Positions 27,922 through 38,345 of a stretch of DNA of 56,303 nt are shown in pieces; position 1 is the stretch's first letter, and each line of letters begins with the position of its first letter. Under the pieces are notes generated by a model. It did not search any database and was not told the origin of the DNA. It saw only the letters and a program-made list of their open reading frames with translations. Source of the stretch: Faecalimonas sp. (lineage in GTDB: Bacteria; Bacillota; Clostridia; Lachnospirales; Lachnospiraceae); NCBI GenBank assembly GCA_045654105.1, contig JAZOMR010000023.1, positions 1 to 56,303 on the forward strand, read 5' to 3'. A program made the translations under genes and the position numbers.

Positions 27922-28695
27922 ATGAATTATCTTATAGCATTACATACAGATGTCGGTATTCAAAAGGAAACAAATCAGGATAGTATGTGCATAAAACAAG
28001 CTCAAACAGATAAGGGTGTTATAGTTTTAGCTATGGTTTGTGACGGCATGGGAGGTCTTGAAAAAGGAGAAGTGGCAAGCGCAACTATAATTAAGGCATT
28101 TTCTAGATGGTTTGAACAGGAATTGCCAATACACTTAGCCATGAGAGACTATGAGAACGAAGTAAGATACAGATGGGAACGAATGATAAAAGAACAAAAT
28201 CAGATTATTAGCGAATATGGAAGAACTAGACATATCCAATTGGGCTCGACAATTACTGCAATGCTAATATATGAGGACGGAAATTATCTGATAGGCCATG
28301 TGGGTGATACAAGAGCCTACAAAATTACAGAAGCAAATGTCGAAATATTAACGACAGATCAAACGGTTGTAGCAAAAGAAGTACGTCAAGGAAGATTAAC
28401 TAAAGAACAAGCGGAAAACGATCCGCGACGAAATGTTCTTTTACAATGTATTGGCGCATCTAGAATTGTGGAACCTGATTTTGTTAGTGGAAGAGTAGAA
28501 AAAGATGAGTGCTATATGCTTTGTTCAGATGGTTTTAGGCATGTTATTTCATCTGAAGAAATCATGGCTGCATTTGCTCCATCTAATAACGCGGAAGAGG
28601 CAGCGATGCACGAGAATATTATAAGGCTCGTTGACTTGAATAAAGAAAGAGGAGAAACGGACAATATTTCCGCAATTCTCATAAAAATATTATAG
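27922..28695 (+). CDS. PP2C-family Ser/Thr phosphatase
   Basis: TDVG..NQD, VCDGMGG, GSTIT, HVGDTRAY, LCSDG, GETDNIS. GAGGTG RBS before ATG at 27922. Confidence 0.93.
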   Translation: MNYLIALHTDVGIQKETNQDSMCIKQAQTDKGVIVLAMVCDGMGGLEKGEVASATIIKAFSRWFEQELPIHLAMRDYENEVRYRWERMIKEQNQIISEYGRTRHIQLGSTITAMLIYEDGNYLIGHVGDTRAYKITEANVEILTTDQTVVAKEVRQGRLTKEQAENDPRRNVLLQCIGASRIVEPDFVSGRVEKDECYMLCSDGFRHVISSEEIMAAFAPSNNAEEAAMHENIIRLVDLNKERGETDNISAILIKIL

Positions 28696-28708
28696 GCGGT
28701 GAACGGTT

Positions 28709-30487
28709 TTGGCAGTTGTAGGACAAACGATTGATGACAAATATGAAATATTAAAATTAATTGGTCAGGGTGGTATGTCGAAGGTTTATCTGGCGATGGA
28801 TAAACGTTTGAATAAGCAATGGGCAATTAAAGAAATTGAAAAAAGAGCAAAGGATAAAAACAACGAAATTGTAATTCAAAGTGCTATTGCTGAGGCAAAT
28901 TTGATTAAGCAATTAGATCATCCGGCAATTGTTCGTATAGTCGATATTATTGATAACGGAGATGTTATATACATTATAGAGGACTATATTGAAGGTGAAA
29001 CGTTAAGTACTATCTTAGAAAATAATGGTGCACAACCACAGGAGTTAGTAATCGAATGGGCTATGCAGATATGTGAAGCATTAGAGTATCTACATACAAG
29101 AAAACCTCCAATTATTTATCGCGACATGAAACCGGCCAATGTCATGTTAAAACCAGATGGCAACATTAAGGTTATTGATTTTGGTATTGCTCGTGAATAT
29201 AAAGATCAAAGCCTAGCAGATACAGTAAGTTTGGGAACCAAAGGATATGCTGCACCGGAACAGTTTGGTGGAAAAGGACAAACCGACGCCAGAACGGATA
29301 TTTATTGTTTGGGTGTCACTTTGTACCATTTGCTTACCGGGCAAAATCCTTGCGAGCCTCCGTATGAAATATATCCAATTAGACATTGGAACCCGCAATT
29401 ATCAGCAGGTCTTGAGGCAATTATTCAAAAGTGTACACAATTAAATCCAGACGATAGATATCAGTCTTGTGCAGAATTGTTATATGCGTTACATCATTAC
29501 GAAGAGTATGGAGCGGCTTACCGTGCAAGACAGAAGAGAAAGTTAAATACGTTTATTATAACGGCGGCAGCTTCTGTATTTTTCCTTTTTGTTGGAATAT
29601 TAGGGCTGGCAATGCGAACCGCAACAAATAATGCTGACTATAAAACCTACATTGCACAAGGAGAAAAAGCAAGTACAAGCGAAGAAAAAATTGATTTGTT
29701 TTCTCAAGCAATTGCCATAAAACCGGATTCAATTGAGGCGTATACGAAAGTAATAGATGCTATGGAACAAGATGCAGTGTTCACTTCGGGAAATCAAGAT
29801 GAAACAGCAGATTCTTCAGAGGAAAAGATATTAATGAATTTGATAAATCCTAATTTAGATGTTTTGAAGGAAATGCCTGAGTATTCTGATTTGGCATTTA
29901 GGATTGGTGAGTTGTATTGGTATTACTATGATTATGGAAAAACAGCGGAAAGTGATAATCAAACAACACGTATCAAATCAGCTATTCAGTGGTTTGAAGA
30001 TGTGGGAAAAGACAGTGGTGATTATTCTATTGCGAATCTTTATAGTAAAATTGGAGAATTCACTCGAGACATCACCATAAAGGTTGAAAAGGCAGATGAT
30101 TCTGGATTGTATGCACCTTATTGGGAAAAGATTAAAACTCTTTGTAAAAACCTATCTGGTGATGAAAATGAACTTTTTGTTTTTGAAACATATCGACTCG
30201 CATTGTATTCTATTGAGAATTATAGTCGTAAATTTAATGCAGATAACGTAAGCAAAGAAGACATTATGGAGATATACGACATGATATACAATTCGTTATC
30301 CAAGAGTAGTAGTGATGCGGACTATATACAAGCTTCTTCAGATAAAACAGTTGCAATTAAAGCCAATTTATTGGAACGTTTCGGTTTAATGGAAGAAAAT
30401 GGTGTCGTAAAGCAGATAGAGAAACAATCCGGAAAAGAAGTTACCAATTCCGTTCTTTCTGCTATTGAGAATGCGTATAGAGAGTAG
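28709..30487 (+). CDS. Hanks-type Ser/Thr kinase with TM and TPR-like extracellular domain
   Basis: GQGGMSKV, AIKE, YRDMKPAN, DFG, GTKGYAAPE, D.YCLG; TM segment at about residue 285. Confidence 0.95.
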   Translation: MAVVGQTIDDKYEILKLIGQGGMSKVYLAMDKRLNKQWAIKEIEKRAKDKNNEIVIQSAIAEANLIKQLDHPAIVRIVDIIDNGDVIYIIEDYIEGETLSTILENNGAQPQELVIEWAMQICEALEYLHTRKPPIIYRDMKPANVMLKPDGNIKVIDFGIAREYKDQSLADTVSLGTKGYAAPEQFGGKGQTDARTDIYCLGVTLYHLLTGQNPCEPPYEIYPIRHWNPQLSAGLEAIIQKCTQLNPDDRYQSCAELLYALHHYEEYGAAYRARQKRKLNTFIITAAASVFFLFVGILGLAMRTATNNADYKTYIAQGEKASTSEEKIDLFSQAIAIKPDSIEAYTKVIDAMEQDAVFTSGNQDETADSSEEKILMNLINPNLDVLKEMPEYSDLAFRIGELYWYYYDYGKTAESDNQTTRIKSAIQWFEDVGKDSGDYSIANLYSKIGEFTRDITIKVEKADDSGLYAPYWEKIKTLCKNLSGDENELFVFETYRLALYSIENYSRKFNADNVSKEDIMEIYDMIYNSLSKSSSDADYIQASSDKTVAIKANLLERFGLMEENGVVKQIEKQSGKEVTNSVLSAIENAYRE

Positions 30488-30496
30488 GTGAGACAG

Positions 30497-31189
30497 ATGA
30501 GTGCAACGGCATGGATGATTATAGCAATAGTTGGGTTTTCGCTAGCAGGTATTGCATTTATTGTCGCAATATTTATGTTCATCAAAATGAATATTCCAGC
30601 AATTATAGGGGACTTATCTGGAAAAACAGTTGCTCGAGAAATAAAGGCGATGCGTGAGGCAAATGTGTTAAGTGGTGACAAGCGATTTCGTCCTAGCAAA
30701 ATTAATTTAGAGCGAGGTACATTAACTGAAAAAGTGGATCAGAAAGCGTTAGATGCAGAAGCTTTAAAGAAAGCACATGCTTCCAAGCGCCTGGATAGAA
30801 CAACAGGTGAATTAAGTGGAAATTTAGTTTCAAAAAAAGGTGGCACAGTTGGACTAGCAACAGGATATGTTGATGAGTCACAGCTTGGTGGTTCGCCGAC
30901 TGAAGCGTTGAGTACCGCAACGGAAGTGTTGAGTGATAATGCAACAGAAGTTTTATCTGATAATTCTACCGAGGTATTAACACCGAATGTAACAGAGGTA
31001 TTGACTGATGGAGCAACAGAAATTCTGAATTCAAGTGACACAGAAGTTTTGTCAGAAGAAACTTCGGTTTTATTCGGCGGAACAACGGTATTATCTCAAA
31101 CAGAAGAACTGGAAAAAACGGAGGTTACACCAGTATCTTTTGCTATTATTGAAAGCAAGATAGTAATTCACTCAGATGAGGTAATCTAA
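30497..31189 (+). CDS. Single-pass membrane protein with tandem TEVL (TxxL) repeats
   Basis: N-terminal TM; nine TxxL motifs at 7-8-residue spacing. Confidence 0.85.
   Translation: MSATAWMIIAIVGFSLAGIAFIVAIFMFIKMNIPAIIGDLSGKTVAREIKAMREANVLSGDKRFRPSKINLERGTLTEKVDQKALDAEALKKAHASKRLDRTTGELSGNLVSKKGGTVGLATGYVDESQLGGSPTEALSTATEVLSDNATEVLSDNSTEVLTPNVTEVLTDGATEILNSSDTEVLSEETSVLFGGTTVLSQTEELEKTEVTPVSFAIIESKIVIHSDEVI
30899..31093 (+). repeat. Degenerate coding tandem repeat, about 24 bp (xxTEVLxx)
   Basis: TEAL, TEVL x4, TEIL, TEVL, TSVL, TTVL. Confidence 0.85.
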
Positions 31190-31314
31190 TGGAGTAAGTC
31201 TAAGGAAATACATATCAATCAGTTTAGTAGTTTTAGCAATCAGAATACATTGTATTCTAATTGGAAAAAACTATAGATATAAAAAATTGCTAGAAAGAAA
31301 GGTAGAGAGTAACA

Positions 31315-34300
31315 ATGACTAAACAAAGAAAATCAAAAATCTTAGCAGGTTTTCTGGCGGTATTAATGGTTGTAAGTATGATACCAACAAATATATTTGC
31401 AACTGTATTTGCGGCTGGAATTAACAGCTATGAGGTCCGTTTAACGGATGGAACAGATGTGTTGGATTTAGATGATGTGTTAATCACTTTGACCAGCAAG
31501 GAAAATGAAACAAAGACAATGAGTATTAATACAATCGATGGTATTGCAACTTTTGAAAACTTTGTAGAGGAAGAGGCTACTTATACTCTTGCAGTGGCAA
31601 CAACATTGGGATACGAAGATGTTGCAGAGTCTGAAGTTACAATTGCAACGGACGAAACTTCTAGAGACGTTGTCATGGCACCAATAGAAAAAGTAACAGT
31701 TTCTGGTATCATTACAGATGAAAATGGCAATGTTTATGAAGGTGCAAAAGTATCTGTATCTGGTTACATTGCTGCAGAAGTTACAAGTAATGATAAAGGA
31801 GAATATTCTTTTGAAACCTATAAAGGAAAAGAAAATGCTATCTCTGTAACTGCAAAAGAAGACAAATATACAGTCTTGGCAGACAAAATGACTGCAAACG
31901 AAAATCAAACGAAGAACTATCAGATGTCTATAAAGTCTTTTGATATAAAGACCAACGCTGATACAGTAGCAAATGGCACTATTACATCAACAATAAATGG
32001 CGTTCTTTATGGAGAAGATAGAGAGGTTGTTGCTACTGCAAACGAAGGATATCGAATTAAAGAACTTAAAGTGAATGGTGTGGCTGTGGGCGCAGCTAAA
32101 GACCAAACTGCTTATACATATGCGATTACTGATATTAAAGAAACATATGACGTATCTGTAGAGTTTTATGTGGCTACCTATACAGTGTCTTTTGACGTAA
32201 AAGCAAATGGAAAAGTATCTTATAATACTGACCAAGAGGCACTAGGAGGAAAAGTAACAGACGTTACCGTAAATGAGAATGGTAGCGTAGAGTTTGAAGC
32301 TATTGCTAACAGTGCGGATGGATATCACGTTGAAAAAGTAGTTATTGATAATAAAACGGTACTTGCGAATGGAACTAACGCAGATATTAAATACAAGGAC
32401 AGAGTATCCTCTGATAAGATTAATGTTACAGTAAATGTCACTGTGGAATTTGCCCTGAATGAATATACAGTCAGATTGGAAAATGTGACAAATGGTACGG
32501 CCAGCTTAACAACGCTTCATGAAAGTGGCAATGAAAGTGTAGCACTAGAGCATGGTGAAAGCGTATTTTTCATAGCTACTCCAAAAGCAGGATACGAAAT
32601 CGACACGGTTATACTTAATGATGGAATCAATGAAGTACCTATCGAGTATCAAGAAACAGCAAATGGATACGAAACAGCAAATGTTAATGGGACAGTGATA
32701 ACATCAGACGCTACAATATCAATTACATTTGTTCCTAAGACTGTACTTCCAGAAGGCTCATATGAAATCGCTTTGCCGACGGAATCAAATGTTGTTGACG
32801 GTGTTACTTATGTTGCAAATGGTGCTGAGATGACATTTAAAGCAACTGGCGACTATCAAAGAGTAAGAATTAATGGAGAACTTAAATACTCTGGAAGTTC
32901 AGTTTCATTAACAGTTGGGGAAAATAGTGATGTTAAAAAAATCACTAGCATTGAAGTGTCCAAGAAAAAAGTTGGTGGCTGGTCTGAAAAACAAATTTTA
33001 AATATAACTTATGATGGAACAAAACCTACTACTTCAGAAATTCAAAATTCTGGTTCGTGGTTTAAGGAAGCAACAACTTATTCTTTTACAGCATCAGACG
33101 CCAATTCTGGTGTAAGGGAAGTAAAATATGCTTCAGTAAACGATATTTCTGCAGCTTCTGTCATTACTGCTAATGAAGGAAGATATAGTTTTGAAGTGAA
33201 CAAAGAGTTCGATGGACCATATTATATATGGGTAGTAGATTATTGTGGTAACACATATGCAACAACCGCAAATGTTAAAATCGATTTAAAAGATCCTGTA
33301 ATAACCGATTATAGTTTTAGTACTGAGAAAAATAGTGTTGTTCAAAATATTATTAATTTCTTGTCTTTTGGAACACTTTGCAATGAAGAAATCTATGTGA
33401 CTGTTACAGCTTCTGACGAAGATATCTCTTCAGGATTAAAAGAAATTACATTATATTGTGCGGGTAATAAGTACGAGACACAAGAAGTATCTGGAAATTC
33501 AGCGACGTTCAAATTAATAAAAGAAGAATTTGCTGAAGGAAAAGCTATCAGTGCAATCGTTTCAGATATTTCTGGAAGAACATCGGAGGAAAAATCTCCT
33601 GCTGATTTGGGATTAGAGAGCGATGTGGTACAAATCACAGACGGAAACTTAGACGCAAGCATTACTGTTGATGATGGATTGTATCCACAAAGTGGTAAAA
33701 ATTGGTTTAATGGAAATACAGATTTTAATGTAGTTGTTACAGATAATGTCGTTGGTATTAGAAGTGTTTCAATTAAACTAAATGGTAAATCTATTTTGAC
33801 AGATAGTAATAACAAGGCAGTTGACCAGGATTTCAAGAAGAACAAGACGAATAGTGAATCGTTTGTTATTAATACTGGATTAAATGCGAAAGACGGAAAA
33901 AATGTCATAGAAGTTACTGTTAAAAACAATGTTGGTAAAACAAAAACGGAAACAAAAGAAATATACATTGATACAACATTACCAGATATCATTCATTATG
34001 AGATTACTACAGTAAATGATAAACCACTTGACAAAGTACTTAATTTCTTGACATTTGGTATTTTCTTTAATGAACAAGTAAAAATTACCGTTACAGCTGA
34101 TGACAAAAATGCTTCGGCGGGCGTTAAGGAAATAACGCTTTTCCTGAATAACCAAGAGTATGAAACAAAAATGGTTGATGCAGAAAACAAAGCGACATTT
34201 ACTGTAAAAGCAAGTGTTCTTGCGGAGAATGAAGTATATACTGCAGATATTAGTGCGAAAGCAACTGACTATGTGACAAATACGACAGCTAAAGCGGTAA

Positions 34301-37245
34301 TGCCTACGACGGATAATTCTGATGGAATTAAAAATAGTGGATTAATGCTCGAAAAAGTGAAGCCTACAATAGTAGTAGATTTCGCTGACGCAGTATCAGA
34401 TAGAAATGGGGCAACAAAAGATGAAAACCTTTGGTATGCCGGAGATGTAGAGTTTACTGTGACTGCTGGAGATGTAGATTCAGGAATTCGCAACACTACA
34501 ATTTCTATTAATGATAAAGAACTTATAAATATCAATTATTATGACGACGTAAATGTAGACAAGGAAACACACAATGAAGTTTATAAAGTAACAACTGCAG
34601 ATGCAGATGTTGCCGCAGATGGTTCCTACACGATTAAAGTGTCAGTTACGGATAACGCAGGTAATGTAAACAACACATATAGTCAAACGATTTATAAGGA
34701 TGTAGAGGACCCATATATTACCGGATTTGATTTTGTACCTGAAAAATATGTGGAAGGCAAGGAAGACACTGCATCGGTGCAGGTTACAGATTATGGATTC
34801 TACTTCAAGGAAGACACAAACGTAGTTATTTCTTCTAGTGATAAAGCTCCATCTGCAGGCATTAAGTCTATTACATACTATACTGTAGATTATACAAATA
34901 ATGTCAATGGCGTAGCTAGCCCACAAGTAACTGAATTGGTTAACAAAGATGGCCAGATTACAATTACTGTTCCTGCAAACTTTAAGGGCCAAATATATGC
35001 AAAAGCAACAGACAACGTAAATAACGTTACAGATTCATTTGTAAATCCAAATAGTGCAATTGTAGAAAGTGAAGAAAAGCATAAGGAAGAGGATCATATT
35101 ACATTTGAAAAGGCAGAAACAAACTATACAATAGATAATGCTGAAGGAAATTCGGAACTTTATGAAAATAGTATTGATGAACTTTATGCAAATGATGTAG
35201 ATGTTAAACTCACTGTAACTGACACATATTCAGGCATACGAGAAATCGAGTGGTCTGTAGTCGCACAGTATGATAAAGAAAACGATCAATCTGGAACAGT
35301 GACCATAAAAAATGACAAGAGTTTCGAGGAAATCGTGAAAGGTGCAGCAGAAAAAGATAACCCTTGGGAGGCATCTAATTCAGAGGTGAATCTTGTTACA
35401 GAAATGCAAAAGACAATTACTGTCAAGAATAATAGTAACGACATTGTTGTCAAGGTAAAAATGACTGACCGTGCAGGTAATACTTCTGAAGAACAAATTA
35501 AATTTAGTATCGACAAGAAGGCGCCTGAAATTACAATTGTGTATGGAGAAGATGAAGTACATGATGAAACATATACGGATTTCTTTAATACAAAACGTAC
35601 GGCAACCATTACTATAAAGGAAAGAAACTTCCGTGCATCGGATGTAGTCTTTGCAATCACAAATACAGACAAGACCATCCCAACAGTCGATCTTAAAAAA
35701 GATGCAACATGGACTACCACTGAAGATGCAGAAAACCCAGATGAAACAATTCATGTGGCAACTGTACCGTACACAGTAGATGGGGATTATACATTTGACA
35801 TGTCATACAAAGACAATGCGGAAAATCCAGCTAATGTAATCGAACAACACAAGTTCACAATTGATATGACAAAGCCGGCTGTAACAGTAGTATACGATAA
35901 TAATTCAGCACAAAACGGCAATTATTATAAAGCAGATCGAACTGCAACTATTACGATTAAAGAACATAATTTTGATGCAGAAAGAGTAAAGGTAGTAGGC
36001 GTAGCAACAGATAATGGCAATGCAACCACTTTCCCAACCACAAGTGCATGGAAAGATAATGGTGATGACACTCATACAGCTACGATTGCTTATACAGCGG
36101 ATTCTAAATATACGTTTGACATTGAGTTCCATGACAAAGCGAATAACAGTATTGATGATTATGTTGCCGAAGAATTTTATGTGGATAAAACAGCTCCGAA
36201 CTTATCTATCTCAGGTGTTGCTGATAAGTCTGCTAATAATGGGGATATTATACCGGTTATTACTTATTCGGATACAAACTTTAATAAGGACGCAGTAACA
36301 ATCGAATTGTCAGGTGTGAATAATGGGAAAGTAGATTATAAAGGCGCTTATGCAGACATAACAAATGGTCAGACATATACTTATGAAAACTTTGAAAAGG
36401 TACAGAAAGTTGATGATATTTACACTTTGTCAGCAAAATTAACTGATAAAGCTGGAAATGAAACAACTATGCAAATTACTTTCTCAGCAAACCGATTCGG
36501 CTCCGTTTATAACCTAAACGACGTGAAAGATATTATAACAAAATATCTGCAAACAGAGCAGGATATTGTGTTCACTGAAACAAACGTAGACTCACTAGAG
36601 AGAGAAGGCATTGTATTAAAGCTTACAAAGAACGGAACTCCAACCACCTTGGTAGAAGGAACAGACTACACTGTCGATGTGTCAGGCGGAAATGGCCAAT
36701 GGAGTGTATACAAATATACTGTTAAAAAATCATTATTTAAAGATGATGGAAGATATAGCATCTCAATCTATTCAAAAGATGCAGCGGGTAATGTAAATGA
36801 GAACATTGATGAGTCAAAAGAGGCCGAAATCTCATTCGGTATTGACAAAACAGAACCAGTAGTCATTCCAATTGACTTAGAAAGTGGAAAACAGTATCCG
36901 GTAGAAGGAAAAGAAGTAACAATAGACATTAAAGATAACCTAGTACTTGAAAATGTAACGATTTATCTAAATGATAAAGAGATTGAGTATCAAGTAGAAG
37001 GCGAATCGTATACATTCTTCGTACCAGAATCAAATAGTGTACAAGATGTAAAAGTAGTTGCAGTTGATGCGGCAGGTAATACATATGAACTTAATGTAGA
37101 GGATTTCCTTGTATCTACAAACATATTTGTACGTTGGTACAATAATACACCACTTTTTGTCGGTTCTATTATTGGAGTTGTTCTTCTCGGAGTAGGTATT
37201 ACAATTTTCGTTCTTTTTGGAAAGAAGAAAAAAGAGGAAGAATAG
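31315..37245 (+). CDS. Giant membrane-anchored Ig-like repeat surface protein (1976 aa)
   Basis: Sec signal peptide; repeated D..P and D.AGN Ig-like motifs; carboxypeptidase-regulatory-like and InlB-B-repeat-like segments; C-terminal TM + KKKK. Confidence 0.88.
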   Translation: MTKQRKSKILAGFLAVLMVVSMIPTNIFATVFAAGINSYEVRLTDGTDVLDLDDVLITLTSKENETKTMSINTIDGIATFENFVEEEATYTLAVATTLGYEDVAESEVTIATDETSRDVVMAPIEKVTVSGIITDENGNVYEGAKVSVSGYIAAEVTSNDKGEYSFETYKGKENAISVTAKEDKYTVLADKMTANENQTKNYQMSIKSFDIKTNADTVANGTITSTINGVLYGEDREVVATANEGYRIKELKVNGVAVGAAKDQTAYTYAITDIKETYDVSVEFYVATYTVSFDVKANGKVSYNTDQEALGGKVTDVTVNENGSVEFEAIANSADGYHVEKVVIDNKTVLANGTNADIKYKDRVSSDKINVTVNVTVEFALNEYTVRLENVTNGTASLTTLHESGNESVALEHGESVFFIATPKAGYEIDTVILNDGINEVPIEYQETANGYETANVNGTVITSDATISITFVPKTVLPEGSYEIALPTESNVVDGVTYVANGAEMTFKATGDYQRVRINGELKYSGSSVSLTVGENSDVKKITSIEVSKKKVGGWSEKQILNITYDGTKPTTSEIQNSGSWFKEATTYSFTASDANSGVREVKYASVNDISAASVITANEGRYSFEVNKEFDGPYYIWVVDYCGNTYATTANVKIDLKDPVITDYSFSTEKNSVVQNIINFLSFGTLCNEEIYVTVTASDEDISSGLKEITLYCAGNKYETQEVSGNSATFKLIKEEFAEGKAISAIVSDISGRTSEEKSPADLGLESDVVQITDGNLDASITVDDGLYPQSGKNWFNGNTDFNVVVTDNVVGIRSVSIKLNGKSILTDSNNKAVDQDFKKNKTNSESFVINTGLNAKDGKNVIEVTVKNNVGKTKTETKEIYIDTTLPDIIHYEITTVNDKPLDKVLNFLTFGIFFNEQVKITVTADDKNASAGVKEITLFLNNQEYETKMVDAENKATFTVKASVLAENEVYTADISAKATDYVTNTTAKAVMPTTDNSDGIKNSGLMLEKVKPTIVVDFADAVSDRNGATKDENLWYAGDVEFTVTAGDVDSGIRNTTISINDKELININYYDDVNVDKETHNEVYKVTTADADVAADGSYTIKVSVTDNAGNVNNTYSQTIYKDVEDPYITGFDFVPEKYVEGKEDTASVQVTDYGFYFKEDTNVVISSSDKAPSAGIKSITYYTVDYTNNVNGVASPQVTELVNKDGQITITVPANFKGQIYAKATDNVNNVTDSFVNPNSAIVESEEKHKEEDHITFEKAETNYTIDNAEGNSELYENSIDELYANDVDVKLTVTDTYSGIREIEWSVVAQYDKENDQSGTVTIKNDKSFEEIVKGAAEKDNPWEASNSEVNLVTEMQKTITVKNNSNDIVVKVKMTDRAGNTSEEQIKFSIDKKAPEITIVYGEDEVHDETYTDFFNTKRTATITIKERNFRASDVVFAITNTDKTIPTVDLKKDATWTTTEDAENPDETIHVATVPYTVDGDYTFDMSYKDNAENPANVIEQHKFTIDMTKPAVTVVYDNNSAQNGNYYKADRTATITIKEHNFDAERVKVVGVATDNGNATTFPTTSAWKDNGDDTHTATIAYTADSKYTFDIEFHDKANNSIDDYVAEEFYVDKTAPNLSISGVADKSANNGDIIPVITYSDTNFNKDAVTIELSGVNNGKVDYKGAYADITNGQTYTYENFEKVQKVDDIYTLSAKLTDKAGNETTMQITFSANRFGSVYNLNDVKDIITKYLQTEQDIVFTETNVDSLEREGIVLKLTKNGTPTTLVEGTDYTVDVSGGNGQWSVYKYTVKKSLFKDDGRYSISIYSKDAAGNVNENIDESKEAEISFGIDKTEPVVIPIDLESGKQYPVEGKEVTIDIKDNLVLENVTIYLNDKEIEYQVEGESYTFFVPESNSVQDVKVVAVDAAGNTYELNVEDFLVSTNIFVRWYNNTPLFVGSIIGVVLLGVGITIFVLFGKKKKEEE

Positions 37246-37260
37246 TTATTATAAAATAAC

Positions 37261-37294
37261 ACATATAGGTGAACGCTAATGTTCACCTATATGT
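37261..37294. terminator. Perfect-stem hairpin after the giant gene
   Basis: acatataggtgaac-gctaat-gttcacctatatgt. Confidence 0.65.
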
Positions 37295-37314
37295 AAAACT
37301 AGGAGGATAAACAT

Positions 37315-37551
37315 ATGTATCCAGAATTCATACCTATTTATATTGGTTTGGTAATAATAATAATTTTATTGATAGTCATTTTATGTTTGTTATTATCTAA
37401 GCGTTCATCAGACAACCTTACGTCGGCGCGTAGTAATTCAAACATTAATAACACTACTAGCACAACTGGTAGCATTGTGTTTTGCAAAAGTTGTGCAACA
37501 CAATTTAATTCATCTGAGCGTTGTTGCCCAAAGTGTGGCACACCTAGATAG
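37315..37551 (+). CDS. Small membrane protein with C-terminal zinc ribbon
   Basis: TM helix, CKSC..CPKCG. AGGAGG RBS. Confidence 0.8.
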   Translation: MYPEFIPIYIGLVIIIILLIVILCLLLSKRSSDNLTSARSNSNINNTTSTTGSIVFCKSCATQFNSSERCCPKCGTPR

Positions 37552-37561
37552 ATTCACCTTG

Positions 37562-37590
37562 TTGAGGTCTTAGGACCTCAATGGGTTTTT
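37562..37590 (+). terminator. Intrinsic terminator
   Basis: ttgaggtc-ttag-gacctcaa followed by gggttttt. Confidence 0.55.
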
Positions 37591-37642
37591 AACGAAGAAA
37601 ATAATCTCAATTTGAGTGAATATATAGGAAGGGCGAAGATAA

Positions 37643-38323
37643 ATGAAAATTAAAAGGCAATTATCTCTGCTATTAACAACATTAATAATAATCATAGGAG
37701 TGTGTGGTTGTATGTCAACGAATGATACAAATAGAGCTGAGAAAATTAAAGATTTGGCATTGGATTATTTAAATGATAAATATGATGATACTTTCAAACC
37801 ACAAGGATATTCAAATGGTGATTGGGCATACGAATATTCTTCAGTGAATTTCATGTCTGAAAAGTATGAAGATTCAGTTGAGGTGCAAGTCACAAAAAAT
37901 GGAGATGACTACTTGTTTGAAGATGATTATTATAAATTAACGATGAAAGAAGATGCCGAAAAATATTTTAAAAAACTTGCCGAAAAAAACGGATGTGAGG
38001 TGGGAATCAAGGTTGACTTTTCAGGAACAGAAATGCCAACGGATTTGGATTCGAATTCGACTTTCACTGAGCTTACAGAAACGGGAAAATGTAATATAGA
38101 GGTATATTTTATCAGTTTATCAGTTTTGACAGATGATAGCATTGCAGCAGTCATGAATGATATTGCAAACGCACATATTATGGGTCACTTTAGATTTGTT
38201 CAAACAGATGACAGTAATTTATTAGCAGAATACAGTATCAGTGAGATTGTGGATGAAAAATCCGGTGCAATATTAAACAAGCAAAGTTATTCGATTAATA
38301 GAAACTATGAAATCATTCAGTAA
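37643..38323 (+). CDS. Lipoprotein, candidate immunity protein for the adjacent lipase
   Basis: Lipobox VCGC; ALDYLNDKYDDTF and DDYY motifs; directly upstream of the lipase. Confidence 0.7.
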   Translation: MKIKRQLSLLLTTLIIIIGVCGCMSTNDTNRAEKIKDLALDYLNDKYDDTFKPQGYSNGDWAYEYSSVNFMSEKYEDSVEVQVTKNGDDYLFEDDYYKLTMKEDAEKYFKKLAEKNGCEVGIKVDFSGTEMPTDLDSNSTFTELTETGKCNIEVYFISLSVLTDDSIAAVMNDIANAHIMGHFRFVQTDDSNLLAEYSISEIVDEKSGAILNKQSYSINRNYEIIQ

Positions 38324-38345
38324 TAAAGTTTAGTGGGGTGTTAAA

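Noticed and set aside
26057-31189. Kinase/PP2C/FHA cluster as a type VI secretion system
   Set aside because: No sheath, Hcp, VgrG or baseplate genes; the context is EssC/WXG100 in a monoderm-type gene set.
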